A stretch of 64,000 nucleotides of DNA from Acidobacteriota bacterium (GCA_003223645.1 QHVT01000023.1:32960-96959); one strand, 5' to 3'; shown: positions 14,842 to 25,170, counted from the stretch's first letter. Made by a program: numbers and translations. Notes: generated from the letters alone by a model not told the origin.

Positions 14842-15666
14842 ATGCTGGACCGCATGAAGGGACCGACGCTGAAGAGCCGCGACGAGATCGCGATCATGGA
14901 CCGCGCGAATCGGATCGTGGTCGAGATCCTCGAGATGATGCGCGACATGGTCAAGCCCGGCGCGACCACGGCGCAGATCAATGCGATGGCCGAGGAGGAG
15001 CTGGCGAAGAGGGGCGCGAAGTCGCCGTTCAAAGGCTACGCTCCGATGGGACTGCCGCCGTATCCGGCGGTCGTCTGCACCTCGGTCAACGACGTGATCG
15101 TGCACGGCATCCCGAATCGCGCGAAGCTTCAGGAAGGCGACATCCTCGGACTCGACTTCGGGTCGATCTTTCAGGGGTTCGTCGGCGACGCGGCGCTCAC
15201 GGTGCCGGTCGGCAAGGTCGGTCCCAAGGCGGATCTGCTGATGCAGACCACGCGCGAGTGTCTCGAGCTGGCGGTCGAAGAGATGCGGCCGGGACGGCAC
15301 CTCGGCGATATCGGCGCCGCGGTTCAGGAGCACGCCGAGTCGCGCGGGTTCCACGTCATCCGCACCTTCGTCGGTCACGGCATCGGACGGAAGATGCACG
15401 AGGAGCCGCAGGTCTACAACTTCGGCAAGCGCGGACGCGGAGTCCCGCTGCGCGAGGGGATGGTCCTGGCGATCGAGCCGATGTTGTGCGAGATCGGGTC
15501 GAAGCTGAAGTCGCGCCTGGAGCGCGTGGGATCGAACGGGATACTTCAGGACGTGAAAACGGATGCGGACGGATGGACCGCGCGAACGGTCGACGGGACA
15601 CTCGCCGCGCATTTCGAAAACTCGGTCGCCGTGACGGCGAACGGGCCGCTGGTGTTGGGGAAGTAA
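14842..15666 (+). CDS. map: Methionine aminopeptidase type I
   Basis: CTSVND..HGIP, GHGIG, AIEPM, DGWT, AHFE. Confidence 0.97.
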   Translation: MLDRMKGPTLKSRDEIAIMDRANRIVVEILEMMRDMVKPGATTAQINAMAEEELAKRGAKSPFKGYAPMGLPPYPAVVCTSVNDVIVHGIPNRAKLQEGDILGLDFGSIFQGFVGDAALTVPVGKVGPKADLLMQTTRECLELAVEEMRPGRHLGDIGAAVQEHAESRGFHVIRTFVGHGIGRKMHEEPQVYNFGKRGRGVPLREGMVLAIEPMLCEIGSKLKSRLERVGSNGILQDVKTDADGWTARTVDGTLAAHFENSVAVTANGPLVLGK

Positions 15667-15682
15667 GAACAGAAAAGGATCT

Positions 15683-15901
15683 ATGTCGAAGGAAGACGCG
15701 ATTGAAGTGACAGGAACGGTCCTCGAGACATTGCCGAACGCGATGTTTCAGGTGGAGCTGGAGAACAAACACAAAGTGCTCGCGCACATCTCCGGCAAGA
15801 TGAGAAAGCACTTCATCCGCATTCTTCCGGGAGACAAAGTGTTGGTCGAGCTCTCGCCGTACGATCTGACGCGCGGGCGCATCACGTATCGCTACAAGTG
15901 A
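15683..15901 (+). CDS. infA: Translation initiation factor IF-1
   Basis: [23 protein letters not shown]. Confidence 0.99.
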   Translation: MSKEDAIEVTGTVLETLPNAMFQVELENKHKVLAHISGKMRKHFIRILPGDKVLVELSPYDLTRGRITYRYK

Positions 15902-15908
15902 GACAGTC

Positions 15909-16022
15909 ATGAAAGTACGTTCATCGGTCAAACGCATTTGCAGCAAGTGCAAAGTCGTCCGTCGTCAGGGCGTGATTCGGATCATCTGTGTCGTTCCGAA
16001 GCACAAGCAGCGGCAGGGTTAA
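15909..16022 (+). CDS. rpmJ: 50S ribosomal protein L36 (37 aa, not in ORF track)
   Basis: Manual translation [37 protein letters not shown]. Confidence 0.98.
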   Translation: MKVRSSVKRICSKCKVVRRQGVIRIICVVPKHKQRQG

Positions 16023-16040
16023 TCAGGAGCAGGGGAAACA

Positions 16041-16424
16041 ATGGCACGTATCGCGGGTGTGGATCTTCCACTGAACAAGCGGGTCGAAGTCGGCCTGACG
16101 TACATCTACGGCATCGGCCGCACGCGCTCGAGCAAGATTCTCGAGTCGGCGGGCGTCAACAAGGACGTGCGCGTCAAGGATCTCTCCGAAGACGACGTGC
16201 GCAAGATCCGCCAGATCATCACCGACGAAGGAAAAGTCGAAGGTGATCTGCGCAAGGACATCGGCCTCGACATCAAGCGGCTGATGGAGATCAACTGCTA
16301 CCGCGGCATGCGCCACCGCCGCGGCCTGCCCGTCCGCGGCCAGCGCACGCACACCAACGCGCGCACGCGTAAGGGTCCTCGCAAGGGAGCCATCGCGGGC
16401 AAGAAGAAGGCCACGAAGAAATAA
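16041..16424 (+). CDS. rpsM: 30S ribosomal protein S13
   Basis: [22 protein letters not shown]. Confidence 0.99.
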   Translation: MARIAGVDLPLNKRVEVGLTYIYGIGRTRSSKILESAGVNKDVRVKDLSEDDVRKIRQIITDEGKVEGDLRKDIGLDIKRLMEINCYRGMRHRRGLPVRGQRTHTNARTRKGPRKGAIAGKKKATKK

Positions 16425-16429
16425 GACAA

Positions 16430-16496
16430 GTGCTGGGTGCTGGGTGCTGAGTACTGGGAAGGCAACACCCAGCACCCAGCACTCAGCACTCAGCAC
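16430..16496. repeat. Fold-back microsatellite, 7-mer GTGCTGG / CCAGCAC
   Basis: 4 units + loop + 4 complementary units; same unit as 43113 tract. Confidence 0.9.
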
Positions 16497-16507
16497 CGGA
16501 GAAACAC

Positions 16508-16921
16508 ATGGCAACTGCAAGAGCACCGAAAGCGGGCGCGCGTCGCGCCGGAACGAAACGGAAAGAGCGGAAGAACGTTCCGCACGGCGTCGCCTCCATT
16601 GCGGCGACGTTCAACAACACCATCGTCGCCATCACCGATCCGGTGGGCAACATCCTGTCGTGGTCGAGCGCCGGTCGCATCGGCTTCAAGGGATCGCGCA
16701 AAGGCACTCCGTTCGCCGCGCAGGTGGCGGCGCAGAATGCCGCGCAGCTCGCGCAGGAGCACGGCGTCCGTTCGGTCGACGTGAAGGTGAAGGGACCGGG
16801 CGCGGGCCGCGAGTCGGCCATCCGCGCTCTCGCGGCATCGGGACTCGACATCAAGTCGATCAAAGACGTCACCCCGATTCCGCACAACGGCTGCCGCCCT
16901 CCGAAGCGGCGCCGCGTCTGA
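16508..16921 (+). CDS. rpsK: 30S ribosomal protein S11
   Basis: [27 protein letters not shown]. Confidence 0.99.
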   Translation: MATARAPKAGARRAGTKRKERKNVPHGVASIAATFNNTIVAITDPVGNILSWSSAGRIGFKGSRKGTPFAAQVAAQNAAQLAQEHGVRSVDVKVKGPGAGRESAIRALAASGLDIKSIKDVTPIPHNGCRPPKRRRV

Positions 16922-16927
16922 GGAACT

Positions 16928-17006
16928 AGATGGCGGATGGCAGACGGCAGATGGCAGCGGCGTACGGAACTTCCGTCGTTCTCCTGCCATCCGCCATCTG
17001 CCATCT
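16928..17006. repeat. Fold-back microsatellite, 7-mer GATGGCA / TGCCATC
   Basis: Tandem heptamers and reverse complement; also at 29238, 50220, 58841. Confidence 0.9.
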
Positions 17007-17091
17007 GCGGTCGAGCAAGTTACGCCGAGCAGCAGCCGGCGTAGACGCAACGCACCATGGTGGTGCGGGTGCGAAACACTGAGGAGGCATA

Positions 17092-17718
17092 GTGGCTCGT
17101 TACACCGACCCCGTCTGCCGGTTGTGCCGGCGCGAGGGCATGAAGCTCTTCCTGAAGGGCGATCGTTGTTTCAAGGACAAGTGCGCCATCGAGCGCCGCA
17201 ACTACGCGCCCGGACAGCACGGACGCCGCCGGTCGAAGGTTCTCGGCTACGGCATTCAGCTTCGCGAGAAACAGAAAGTGAAGCGCATTTACGGACTGCT
17301 CGAGCGGCAGTTCCGTCTCTACTTCCAGCGCGCCGAGCAGCGCACCGGCATCACCGGTGAGAACCTGCTCCGCCAGCTCGAGGTGCGACTCGACAACGTG
17401 GTGTACTCCCTCGGCTTCGCATCGTCGCGCGCGCAGGGACGCCAGCTCGTCCGTCACGGACACATCGAAGTGAACGGAAAGAAGATCAACGTCCCTTCGT
17501 ACCAGGTGCGCAAAGGCGACGTCATCCAGGTTCGCGAAAAGAGCCGCAAGAACGATCAGATCCGCCAGGCCGTCGAAACGGCAGCGGGCCGCGGCGTTCC
17601 GGCGTGGCTCCAGCTCGAACCCGAGCAGTTCCGCGGCTCGGTCACGGATCTTCCGAAGCGCGAAGACATCCGTCTCCCGATCCAGGAACAGCTCATCGTC
17701 GAACTCTACTCGAAGTAA
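17092..17718 (+). CDS. rpsD: 30S ribosomal protein S4 (GTG start, Cys-containing)
   Basis: [29 protein letters not shown]; SD GAGGAGG. Confidence 0.99.
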   Translation: MARYTDPVCRLCRREGMKLFLKGDRCFKDKCAIERRNYAPGQHGRRRSKVLGYGIQLREKQKVKRIYGLLERQFRLYFQRAEQRTGITGENLLRQLEVRLDNVVYSLGFASSRAQGRQLVRHGHIEVNGKKINVPSYQVRKGDVIQVREKSRKNDQIRQAVETAAGRGVPAWLQLEPEQFRGSVTDLPKREDIRLPIQEQLIVELYSK

Positions 17719-17791
17719 TCAATTCCCGGTGGACTGCGCGCGCGGACAGCTCCCGCGTGCGGTCCACTGTCGCCGTGAGGAGGCCGCTCCC

Positions 17792-18778
17792 ATGATGTGG
17801 TCAGATTTCCAGAAACCGAAAAAGCTCGATTACGATCCTGAGACTCTTACACCGACGTACGGGCGCTTCGTCGCCCAGCCGTTCGAGCGCGGCTTCGGTA
17901 CGACGATCGGCAACGCGCTGCGTCGCGTGCTGCTCTCCTCGATCGAGGGTGCCGCCATCACCGCCGTGCGCGTCGAAGGCGTGCTGCACGAGTTTTCCTC
18001 GCTGCAAGGCGTGGTCGAGGACATGACCGACGTCGTCCTCAACCTCAAGCAGGTTCCGTTCAAGCTTCACGGAGCCGGTCCGAAGACGCTCTACCTCGAG
18101 AAGAAGGGACCGGGCGTCGTCACCGCCGCCGACTTCGAAGAAGATCCGGACATTGAGATCCTCGACCCGACCACGCACATCGCGACGCTGTCGAAGGAAG
18201 GCTCGCTCAAGCTCGAGGCGCGTCTCAAGCGCGGCCGCGGCTACACCGTCGCGGACCGCAATGCCGACACCGATCTGCCGCTCGGCTACATCCCGGTCGA
18301 CTCGATTCACTCGCCGGTGCGCCGCGTGAACTATCACGTCGAAGGCGCGCGCGTCGGACAGATGACCGACTACGACAAGCTCGTGATCGAAGTCTGGACC
18401 AACGGCGCGGTCTCGCCGCAGGAGGCGATCAGCCTCGCCTCCGAATTGCTCGGCGACCACCTGCGCACCTTCAGCGCGTTCGAGACTCGTCTCGAAGAGC
18501 GTGAGGAAGCGGCCGCTCCGGAAGTCGATCCGCGTCTCGCCGAAATGCTGGCGAAGCCGATCGAAGAGCTCGACCTTTCCGTCCGCTCCGCGAACTGCCT
18601 CAAGAACGCCAACATCCGCACACTCGGCGATCTCGTGCAGCGCACCGAGCGCGAAATGCTGTCGACGAAGAACTTCGGCCGCAAGTCGCTCGACGAGATC
18701 AAAGACGTTCTCGCCAGCCTCGGCCTGTCGTTCGGCATGACCCGCGTGCCGGCCGGCGCGCGCGACTATCGCGAGTAG
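17792..18778 (+). CDS. rpoA: RNA polymerase alpha subunit
   Basis: [30 protein letters not shown]; ATG 17792 after GAGGAGG. Confidence 0.99.
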   Translation: MMWSDFQKPKKLDYDPETLTPTYGRFVAQPFERGFGTTIGNALRRVLLSSIEGAAITAVRVEGVLHEFSSLQGVVEDMTDVVLNLKQVPFKLHGAGPKTLYLEKKGPGVVTAADFEEDPDIEILDPTTHIATLSKEGSLKLEARLKRGRGYTVADRNADTDLPLGYIPVDSIHSPVRRVNYHVEGARVGQMTDYDKLVIEVWTNGAVSPQEAISLASELLGDHLRTFSAFETRLEEREEAAAPEVDPRLAEMLAKPIEELDLSVRSANCLKNANIRTLGDLVQRTEREMLSTKNFGRKSLDEIKDVLASLGLSFGMTRVPAGARDYRE

Positions 18779-18802
18779 CTGTAGCTGTCAGGAGAAGAAC
18801 CG

Positions 18803-19375
18803 ATGCGACATGGAATGGCAAACCGCAAGCTGGGACGGACGTCGAGCCATCGCAAGGCGATGTTCCGCAATCAGCTCGCGTCGCTCATCGAGAGCGAGCG
18901 CATCATCACCACGCTGCCGAAGGCGAAAGAGCTCCGCCCGATCGCCGAGAAGCTGATCACGCTGGCGAAGAATGACAGCGTGCACAATCGCCGTCACGCC
19001 GCCCGCCAGGTGCCGGACGACTCGCTGATCGCGAAGTTGTTCGACACCCTCGGTCCACGCTTCTCGACGCGCCCCGGCGGCTACACGCGCATCATGAAGC
19101 TCGGTGCGCGCCGTGGCGACGCCGCGGAGATGGCGATCCTCGAGCTCGTCGAGCGCTCGCCCGAAAAGACCGAGGACAAGGAAGCGCCGGCGAAGGGCGG
19201 GAAGAGCGGGAAGCCGAAGAAAGCCGCTCCGAAGAAGGCAGAGCCGGCGGAAGAAGAGCCGGAAGGCGAAGAGAAGCCGAAGCGCGGCGCGAAGAAAGCC
19301 GCGGCGCCGAAGAAAGAAGCTCCCGCCAAGAAAGCGCCGGCGAAAAAAGCGCCAGCGAAGAAGAAAGAAAAGTAG
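18803..19375 (+). CDS. rplQ: 50S ribosomal protein L17 with Lys/Ala/Pro/Glu-rich tail
   Basis: MRH..RKLGR, GGYTRI, GDAAEMA. Confidence 0.99.
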   Translation: MRHGMANRKLGRTSSHRKAMFRNQLASLIESERIITTLPKAKELRPIAEKLITLAKNDSVHNRRHAARQVPDDSLIAKLFDTLGPRFSTRPGGYTRIMKLGARRGDAAEMAILELVERSPEKTEDKEAPAKGGKSGKPKKAAPKKAEPAEEEPEGEEKPKRGAKKAAAPKKEAPAKKAPAKKAPAKKKEK

Positions 19376-19397
19376 TTAGATCAGAACGAACGATTTG

Positions 19398-19427
19398 AAC
19401 GCCCGCCGCAAGGCGGGCGTTTTCTTT
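19398..19427 (+). terminator. Intrinsic terminator ending the ribosomal superoperon
   Basis: AACGCCCGCC-GCAA-GGCGGGCGTT followed by T-rich tract. Confidence 0.9.
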
Positions 19428-19433
19428 GGATCC

Positions 19434-19520
19434 TGTGGAGCGGCGGCCGCCCCGGCCGCCGGAAGCCTCGCTTGGCGTGCGCCGGGACTCCGGCGCCCGA
19501 GGGGCGGGCGCCGCTCCACA
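19434..19520. repeat. REP-like element, GTGGAGCGGC family
   Basis: TGTGGAGCGGCG...CGCCGCTCCACA terminal inverted repeat with internal hairpins; copies at 25208, 34217, 47851, 58006, relative at 22295. Confidence 0.9.
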
Positions 19521-19543
19521 AGACCGCGGTAAGCTTCGCCCTC

Positions 19544-21349
19544 ATGAAACGAAGCTTGGCGCTGCTGTTCACGCTCTTCGCGTTCGCAAATGTGGGTGCC
19601 GCTGCCTTCAGCGGCACCGCGACCGCTGAGGCAGCGGTCGCCACAAACGATGAAGCCGCGAAGCTGCACGCGCTCTTCGATCGCACGTGGGAGGCGCAGC
19701 TCCGCGAGGATCCGCTCTACGCCACGAGCGTCGGCCGTCACGACTACGACAACCTCCTGCCGTCGGTGACGCCCGCCGATCTGGAGCGGTCGTACGAGCG
19801 GACGAAGTCCACGCTCGCGGAGCTGAAATCAATCGATCGCACGAAGCTCTCGCCGGTCGACGTCGTGAACTACGACATGTTCAAGCGGCAGCTCGACCTC
19901 GCGATCGGGAACTACGAGCTCGGCGACTATCAGATCCCGTTCACCGCCGACTCCGGATTTCACACCGAGTTCGCGCGTCTCTCCGCCGACATGACGCTGG
20001 CGACGGTGAAGGACTACGAGAACTACATCGCGCGCATCAACGCCTGGCCACGCTACGTGCGCGAGCAGATCGCGCTGATGCGCATGGGAATCAAGCGCGG
20101 CATGACCGTTCCGCGCGCGACGCTCGACGGCTACGACGGCACCATCTCCGCGCACGTCGTCGACGATCCGTCGAAGAGCGTGTTCTGGCCGCCGTTCGCG
20201 AACTTCCCGCCGACCGTTCCCGCGAGCGAGCAGGAACGTTTGCGCGCGGCAGGACGCGCGGCGATCGCGAACAGCGCGGTTCCCGGCTATCGCGAGCTCC
20301 TCGCGTTCTTCAACAACGAATACCTCCCCGGCGCGCGCACGACGTTAGGCGCATCGGAGATGCCGAACGGACGCGCGTATTACCAGCACAAGATCCGCGA
20401 GTTCACGACGCTCGATCTCACACCCGAAGAGATTCACAAGACGGGGCTCGCCGAGGTGGCGAGGATCTCGGCGGAGATGGACGCGGTGATGAAGAGCGTC
20501 CACTTCCAGGGCGACTTCGCCGCGTTCCTGCAGTTCCTGCGCACCGATCCGCGCTTCTACGCGAAGACGCCGGAAGAACTGCTCGCGCGCGCGTCACGCA
20601 TTGCGAAGCGGATGGATGGAAAGCTGCCGTCGCTCTTCAAGACGCTCCCGCGCTTGCCGTATACCGTCGAGCCGGTGCCGGACAGCATCGCGCCGAAATA
20701 CACGTCCGGCCGCTATGTCGGTCCCGCGCAGGGCAGCACGATGCCCGGCATCTACTGGGTCAACACGTACAAGCTCGAGAGCCGTCCGCTGTACAACCTC
20801 GTGTCGCTGACGCTGCACGAGGCCGTGCCGGGACATCACCTGCAGATCGCGCTGAGCCGCGAGCTCGGCGACCTCCCGAACTTCCGCCGCTTCTCGTACA
20901 TCTCTGCATTCGGCGAGGGGTGGGGCCTCTACTCCGAATACCTCGGCATCGAAGCCGGCTTGTACGACAACGATCCCTACCTGAACTTCGGCCGCCTCAC
21001 GTGGGAAATGTGGCGTGCCTGCCGGCTCGTCGTCGACACCGGCATTCACTCGATGAAGTGGACGCGCCAGCAGGCGATCGACTACATGGCCACGCGCACC
21101 GCGCTGCCGTTGCACGAAGTCGAGACCGAAGTCGATCGCTACATTTCGTGGCCCGGCCAGGCGCTCGCGTACAAACTCGGCGAGCTGAAGATCAAGGAGC
21201 TGCGCAAACGCGCGGAGACGACGCTCGGCACGCGCTTCGATGTCCGCGAGTTCCACGACGTCGTCCTCGGCAGCGGCTCGGTCCCGCTGAATGTGCTGGA
21301 GGAAAATGTCGATCGGTGGATCGTCGCCCGCAAGGGCGCATCAGGGTGA
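19544..21349 (+). CDS. DUF885 family secreted protein (probable metallopeptidase fold)
   Basis: Signal peptide MKRSLALL; HEAVPGHH and EGWGLYSE; RLVVDTGIH; PGQALAYK. Confidence 0.9.
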   Translation: MKRSLALLFTLFAFANVGAAAFSGTATAEAAVATNDEAAKLHALFDRTWEAQLREDPLYATSVGRHDYDNLLPSVTPADLERSYERTKSTLAELKSIDRTKLSPVDVVNYDMFKRQLDLAIGNYELGDYQIPFTADSGFHTEFARLSADMTLATVKDYENYIARINAWPRYVREQIALMRMGIKRGMTVPRATLDGYDGTISAHVVDDPSKSVFWPPFANFPPTVPASEQERLRAAGRAAIANSAVPGYRELLAFFNNEYLPGARTTLGASEMPNGRAYYQHKIREFTTLDLTPEEIHKTGLAEVARISAEMDAVMKSVHFQGDFAAFLQFLRTDPRFYAKTPEELLARASRIAKRMDGKLPSLFKTLPRLPYTVEPVPDSIAPKYTSGRYVGPAQGSTMPGIYWVNTYKLESRPLYNLVSLTLHEAVPGHHLQIALSRELGDLPNFRRFSYISAFGEGWGLYSEYLGIEAGLYDNDPYLNFGRLTWEMWRACRLVVDTGIHSMKWTRQQAIDYMATRTALPLHEVETEVDRYISWPGQALAYKLGELKIKELRKRAETTLGTRFDVREFHDVVLGSGSVPLNVLEENVDRWIVARKGASG

Positions 21350-23572
21350 TCCAGCAGCAGCGATCTTCATCCGGTCCCTCGTGATCGCGACGTCGCCGTC
21401 GCCCTGCGGCACGGTGTTCGAGATTTCGCGCGCGACCGCGAACGAGGACGGCGACCAGAAGCCGAACGTCAGATCGCTGGCGATCGCTTCGACTTCGCCC
21501 GGCGCCTGAATCCGCACGGCGATTTCTTCGACGTTCTGCGCGATCACGAATCGCCATCCGTTGAAAGACTGATCGCGATGCCGTGCCGATAGCGGAGCCG
21601 GCTTCACGCCGTTGACCGTCAGCACCGTGCCGCCGCGAAATGCGAGCGTGATGCGATTTGCCTGGCGGCGCGTGCGCACGTCGATGAGGACGGTTTGCCC
21701 GTCGCGTTGCGCGCTCATCTCGACGGGACGTAGTCCGAACGGCAGCGGCGGCGCGGGCGCCGTCCACTGCTGGCCGCGGTACCACGGCGTGAGCCGCGGG
21801 TCCGCCGGCTTGAACGGCGCCGCCGCCTGCAGCGTCGGCGTGAGGATCGGCGTGACCCACACCGGCGACAGCGTTCGATCGCTGACGTACGCAAGCGAAA
21901 GGAAGCGCGGCTTCTCGCGCGACCACTGCGGCGACACCAGCGCGATGATGGCGCACGCGATCGCGAGCGTTGCAGCGACAGCCGCGAGGCGAAGCTGCGC
22001 GAAGAGCGGCGCGACGAGCGACGTGAGAATCGCCATGAAGATCGCGATCACCGTCATCATCCGTCCGCCGAGCGCGTCGTAGAAGAGGATGACGAGCGGA
22101 CAGAAGATGATCGCCGCCGCGGTCGCGGTCACCGCGCTCATCACGGTATCGTTCACGCGCGCGAGCGCGCAGATTGTCAGCACCAGCGCCGGCACGAGGA
22201 AGAGATAGCTCGCGCCGGTGATCGTGATCGCGAGCACGAACGCGATCGCGTGCCACACGAACGCGGCGCCGAAGAGCATCGCGCGCTCGGCCGCTGGAGT
22301 GGTGCGCGCCTCCGGCGCGCCTTCCGGAGACGCGCCGGAGGCGCGTACCGCTCCACGGCGAAACAGCGCGGCCGCGCAAACCGACGCCGCGATTCCGATC
22401 AACGCCATCGCCAGGATGGACGGCAGCGGATGCGCGACCCAGTTCACGCCGTCGCTGCGCAGCCTCGCGAGCCAGCTCACCACGCCGCCCGCGAACATCG
22501 AGAGCAGGATCGTGGCGAACATCGCCAGCACGCCGAACGTCATCGCGCGCGGATTCGTCTTGCGTGCGGCGAACACGAGCAGCACGAGGCTCGCGACGCA
22601 GATCCAGATCGTCGCGCCGGCCGGCCACCAGATCATCGTGAACTGGAGGATGTCGAAATACGACGCGTCGTCTTTGCTCTGCGCGTCGAGATCCGTATCG
22701 GCGAGCGCGCGCGCGGTCGCCAGCAGGTTATCGCCGTGATGCTCCAGCGTGCGCGCGTTGACGTGTGCAAAGTTGTCGAGCGGCGTGTGATACCAGTTCA
22801 CGCCGCGGATCGCCGCGAAGTTCACCGCCGCTTTTCCCGCTCGCTTGAACACCGTCACATCGGTGTCGTTCGGCAGCAGGTTGTAAATCGCATAGAAAAA
22901 CGATGTCGCGTGCGGGCGTTCGAGCGAGCGCGCGAGCCGGCGAATCAGCCAGCGATTGTGACGGCTGGTCTCGAACATGTTGCTCGGGCCGTATGTGCCG
23001 CGGTTCTCGATGTTGATCATCACCTTCGCGTTGCGCGCGAAGTAATCCTCGGCCACGAACGCTTCCGCGCCGAGGAGTCCGCCTTCTTCGCCGTCGGTGA
23101 TGAGGAACGTGATCGGATTGCGGTGGTGCTCGCTTTTCACCGCGCGCGCGATCTCGATCAGCGACGCCACTCCGACGCCGTCGTCGGACGCGCCCGGACC
23201 CGCGCCGACGGAGTCGTAGTGCGCGACGAGCACGACCTCCGCGCCTTTCGCGTCCGGCAGTTTCGCGATCAGGTTCTCCGTGTTTCCGCACGCCGGCAGC
23301 GACGTGCACGCGAACTTCTGCTGCATGTCGACCTTGTAGCCGAGGGCGCGGAGACGCGCGTAGACGAGATCGCGCACGCGCTTGTTCGCCGGCGTGCCGA
23401 TCGGATGCGGCGTTCCGCTGCCGGCCAGCTCGCGCAGAGTCGCCATCGCGCGCACGGACGAAAACTCGTTCGGCGGCGCGCTCGCCGGCTTCGGCACCGG
23501 CCCTTCGGCGCGCCAGATCGCGAGCAGTAAAACGAGCAGAACCGGAACGGCAACGGCGGCGAATCGGCGCAT
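21341..23572 (-). CDS. M28 family membrane metallopeptidase
   Basis: AHYDSV, GASDDG, DGEEGGLLG, YHT motifs then multiple TM helices; start chosen at MRRFAAV (uncertain). Confidence 0.9.
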   Translation of the reverse strand: MRRFAAVAVPVLLVLLLAIWRAEGPVPKPASAPPNEFSSVRAMATLRELAGSGTPHPIGTPANKRVRDLVYARLRALGYKVDMQQKFACTSLPACGNTENLIAKLPDAKGAEVVLVAHYDSVGAGPGASDDGVGVASLIEIARAVKSEHHRNPITFLITDGEEGGLLGAEAFVAEDYFARNAKVMINIENRGTYGPSNMFETSRHNRWLIRRLARSLERPHATSFFYAIYNLLPNDTDVTVFKRAGKAAVNFAAIRGVNWYHTPLDNFAHVNARTLEHHGDNLLATARALADTDLDAQSKDDASYFDILQFTMIWWPAGATIWICVASLVLLVFAARKTNPRAMTFGVLAMFATILLSMFAGGVVSWLARLRSDGVNWVAHPLPSILAMALIGIAASVCAAALFRRGAVRASGASPEGAPEARTTPAAERAMLFGAAFVWHAIAFVLAITITGASYLFLVPALVLTICALARVNDTVMSAVTATAAAIIFCPLVILFYDALGGRMMTVIAIFMAILTSLVAPLFAQLRLAAVAATLAIACAIIALVSPQWSREKPRFLSLAYVSDRTLSPVWVTPILTPTLQAAAPFKPADPRLTPWYRGQQWTAPAPPLPFGLRPVEMSAQRDGQTVLIDVRTRRQANRITLAFRGGTVLTVNGVKPAPLSARHRDQSFNGWRFVIAQNVEEIAVRIQAPGEVEAIASDLTFGFWSPSSFAVAREISNTVPQGDGDVAITRDRMKIAAAGSP
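22295..22355. repeat. REP-like palindrome in frame within the M28 gene
   Basis: TGGAGTGGTGCGCGCCTCCGGCGCG...CGCGCCGGAGGCGCGTACCGCTCCA. Confidence 0.8.
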
Positions 23573-23632
23573 GTCGCCGCGCATTGTCGCATCAGCGCGC
23601 AACCCGGACGCGCTTTCGCCGTAAGAACACGC

Positions 23633-24418
23633 ATGCGCAAATTCGCTCTCGCCGCCGTATTCCTGTTCGTCGCCGCCACCGCGTCCGCAGCCACGCTCTC
23701 AGAGACGGTCGACAAAACGCTGGACGTGAAGCCCGGCGCGACGGTCGCGCTGACGAACGTCAACGGCCGCATCACGATCGCGTCGTGGGACCAGCCGCGC
23801 GTGCACATCGTCGCGACGAAGGAAGTCGACGGCAGCCGCGACGACGCGCGCGACGCGATGAAGGAGCTGCGCGTCGAGATCACACAGCCGAACGGCGGCG
23901 TGAAAATCGACACGAAGTATCCGAGCCGCGACGAAGGGTTCTCTTCGATCTTCGACTGGCTCCTCGGCCATCACGTCAATGCCGAAGTGACGTACGAGGT
24001 GACGATCCCGCGCACGATGAACGTCGACGTGCGCAACACCAACGGCTCGATCCATCTCGCCGACATCACCGGCCATCTCGAGCTCGACACCACGAACGGC
24101 AAGATCGAAGTGAGACGCTGCGCCGGCTCCATCGAGGCGTCGACGACGAACGGCGGGATTTACGCGGAGCTGCTGCGCGTGACGAAAGGCGCGCCGCTGC
24201 GCTTCGAGACGACGAACGGCCGCATCGAGATCGAGGTGCCGCGCGACCTTGCCGCGAACATCGATGCAGGAACGACGAACGGATCGATCAGCACCGACCT
24301 GCCGATCGAGACCACGCACTTCAAACGCAACTCGCTCCGCGGCTCCATCAACGGCGGCGGTACGCCGATCAGCCTTCACACGACGAACGGGCCGATCGCG
24401 ATCAAGACGCGGACTTGA
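23633..24418 (+). CDS. DUF4097 (putative adhesin) beta-repeat secreted protein
   Basis: Signal peptide; repeated TTNGxI motifs. Confidence 0.85.
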   Translation: MRKFALAAVFLFVAATASAATLSETVDKTLDVKPGATVALTNVNGRITIASWDQPRVHIVATKEVDGSRDDARDAMKELRVEITQPNGGVKIDTKYPSRDEGFSSIFDWLLGHHVNAEVTYEVTIPRTMNVDVRNTNGSIHLADITGHLELDTTNGKIEVRRCAGSIEASTTNGGIYAELLRVTKGAPLRFETTNGRIEIEVPRDLAANIDAGTTNGSISTDLPIETTHFKRNSLRGSINGGGTPISLHTTNGPIAIKTRT

Positions 24419-24431
24419 TTCGGACAGAATT

Positions 24432-24877
24432 TTGATTCGCGAGACAAGCTCGTTGATTCACGAATCAACCAAGGTTGATTCGCGAGACAAGCTCGTTGAT
24501 TCACGAATCAACCAAGGTTGCTTCGCGAGACGAAAATTTTTCCGCGCGAGACAAGAGACCTTGCCTGGCGAGCCAAATTCGCCGCTGATGGCAGGTAAAT
24601 TTTTGCTTCGCGAAGCAAATGTCTTTGACTCGCGAGACAGCAGGACTTGCCTCGCGAATCAAAACTGTTGCCTCGCGAATCAACCATGGTTGCCTCGTAA
24701 GGCAAACTCGTTGTTTCGCGAATCAACCATGGTTATCTCGCGCATCAAACTTCCAGTCTCGCGAGGCGAGCGCGTTGTCTCGGGAATCAACACCCGTTAT
24801 CTCGCGAGTCAACATGCCTTGTCTCGCGAATCAACACCGTTATCTCGCGAATCAACGAGCTGGATTTGCGAATCAAC
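24432..24877. repeat. Array of roughly 21 quasi-palindromic units (~21-bp period, TTGnyTCGCGArnCAA)
   Basis: Recurring TCGCGA core flanked by TTG/CAA; first 43 bp exactly duplicated (24432-24474 = 24475-24517). Confidence 0.9.
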
Positions 24878-24894
24878 GCGTACGTTGCCGGCGG

Positions 24895-25170
24895 CGACGA
24901 ACGGCGGCATCTACGCGGACTCACGCGCGTGACCAAAGGCGCGCCGCTGCGCCTGGAGACGACGAACGGCCGCATCGAGATCGAAGTGCCGCGGGACCTC
25001 GCCGCGAGCATCGAGGCGGGAACGACGAATGGCTCGATCAGTACCGACTTGCCGATCGAGACCACGCACTTCAAACGCAACTCGCTGCGCGGCTCGATCA
25101 TCGGCGGCGACACGCCGATCAGCCTGCACACGACGAACGGGCCGATCGCGATCAAGACGCGGACTTGATT
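24895..25170 (+). pseudogene. Diverged duplicate of the 3' ~277 bp of the DUF4097 gene
   Basis: Aligns to 24144-24420 including stop; mostly synonymous differences, net 1-nt deletion near 24920, no convincing start. Confidence 0.9.

Noticed and set aside
8777-17718. Cys-containing forms of L24, S14, L36, S4 and Adk as a novelty
   Set aside because: Zinc-binding forms are widespread and expected in core operons.
24432-24877. CRISPR array or real protein (ORFs 24249-24932, 24619-25290)
   Set aside because: Units are degenerate with only ~5-nt linkers; the ORFs are low-complexity translations with no credible start and atypical codon use.
24144-25170. Diversity-generating retroelement TR/VR pair
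   Set aside because: Differences are mostly third-position changes among all bases, not adenine-specific; no reverse transcriptase in the window.
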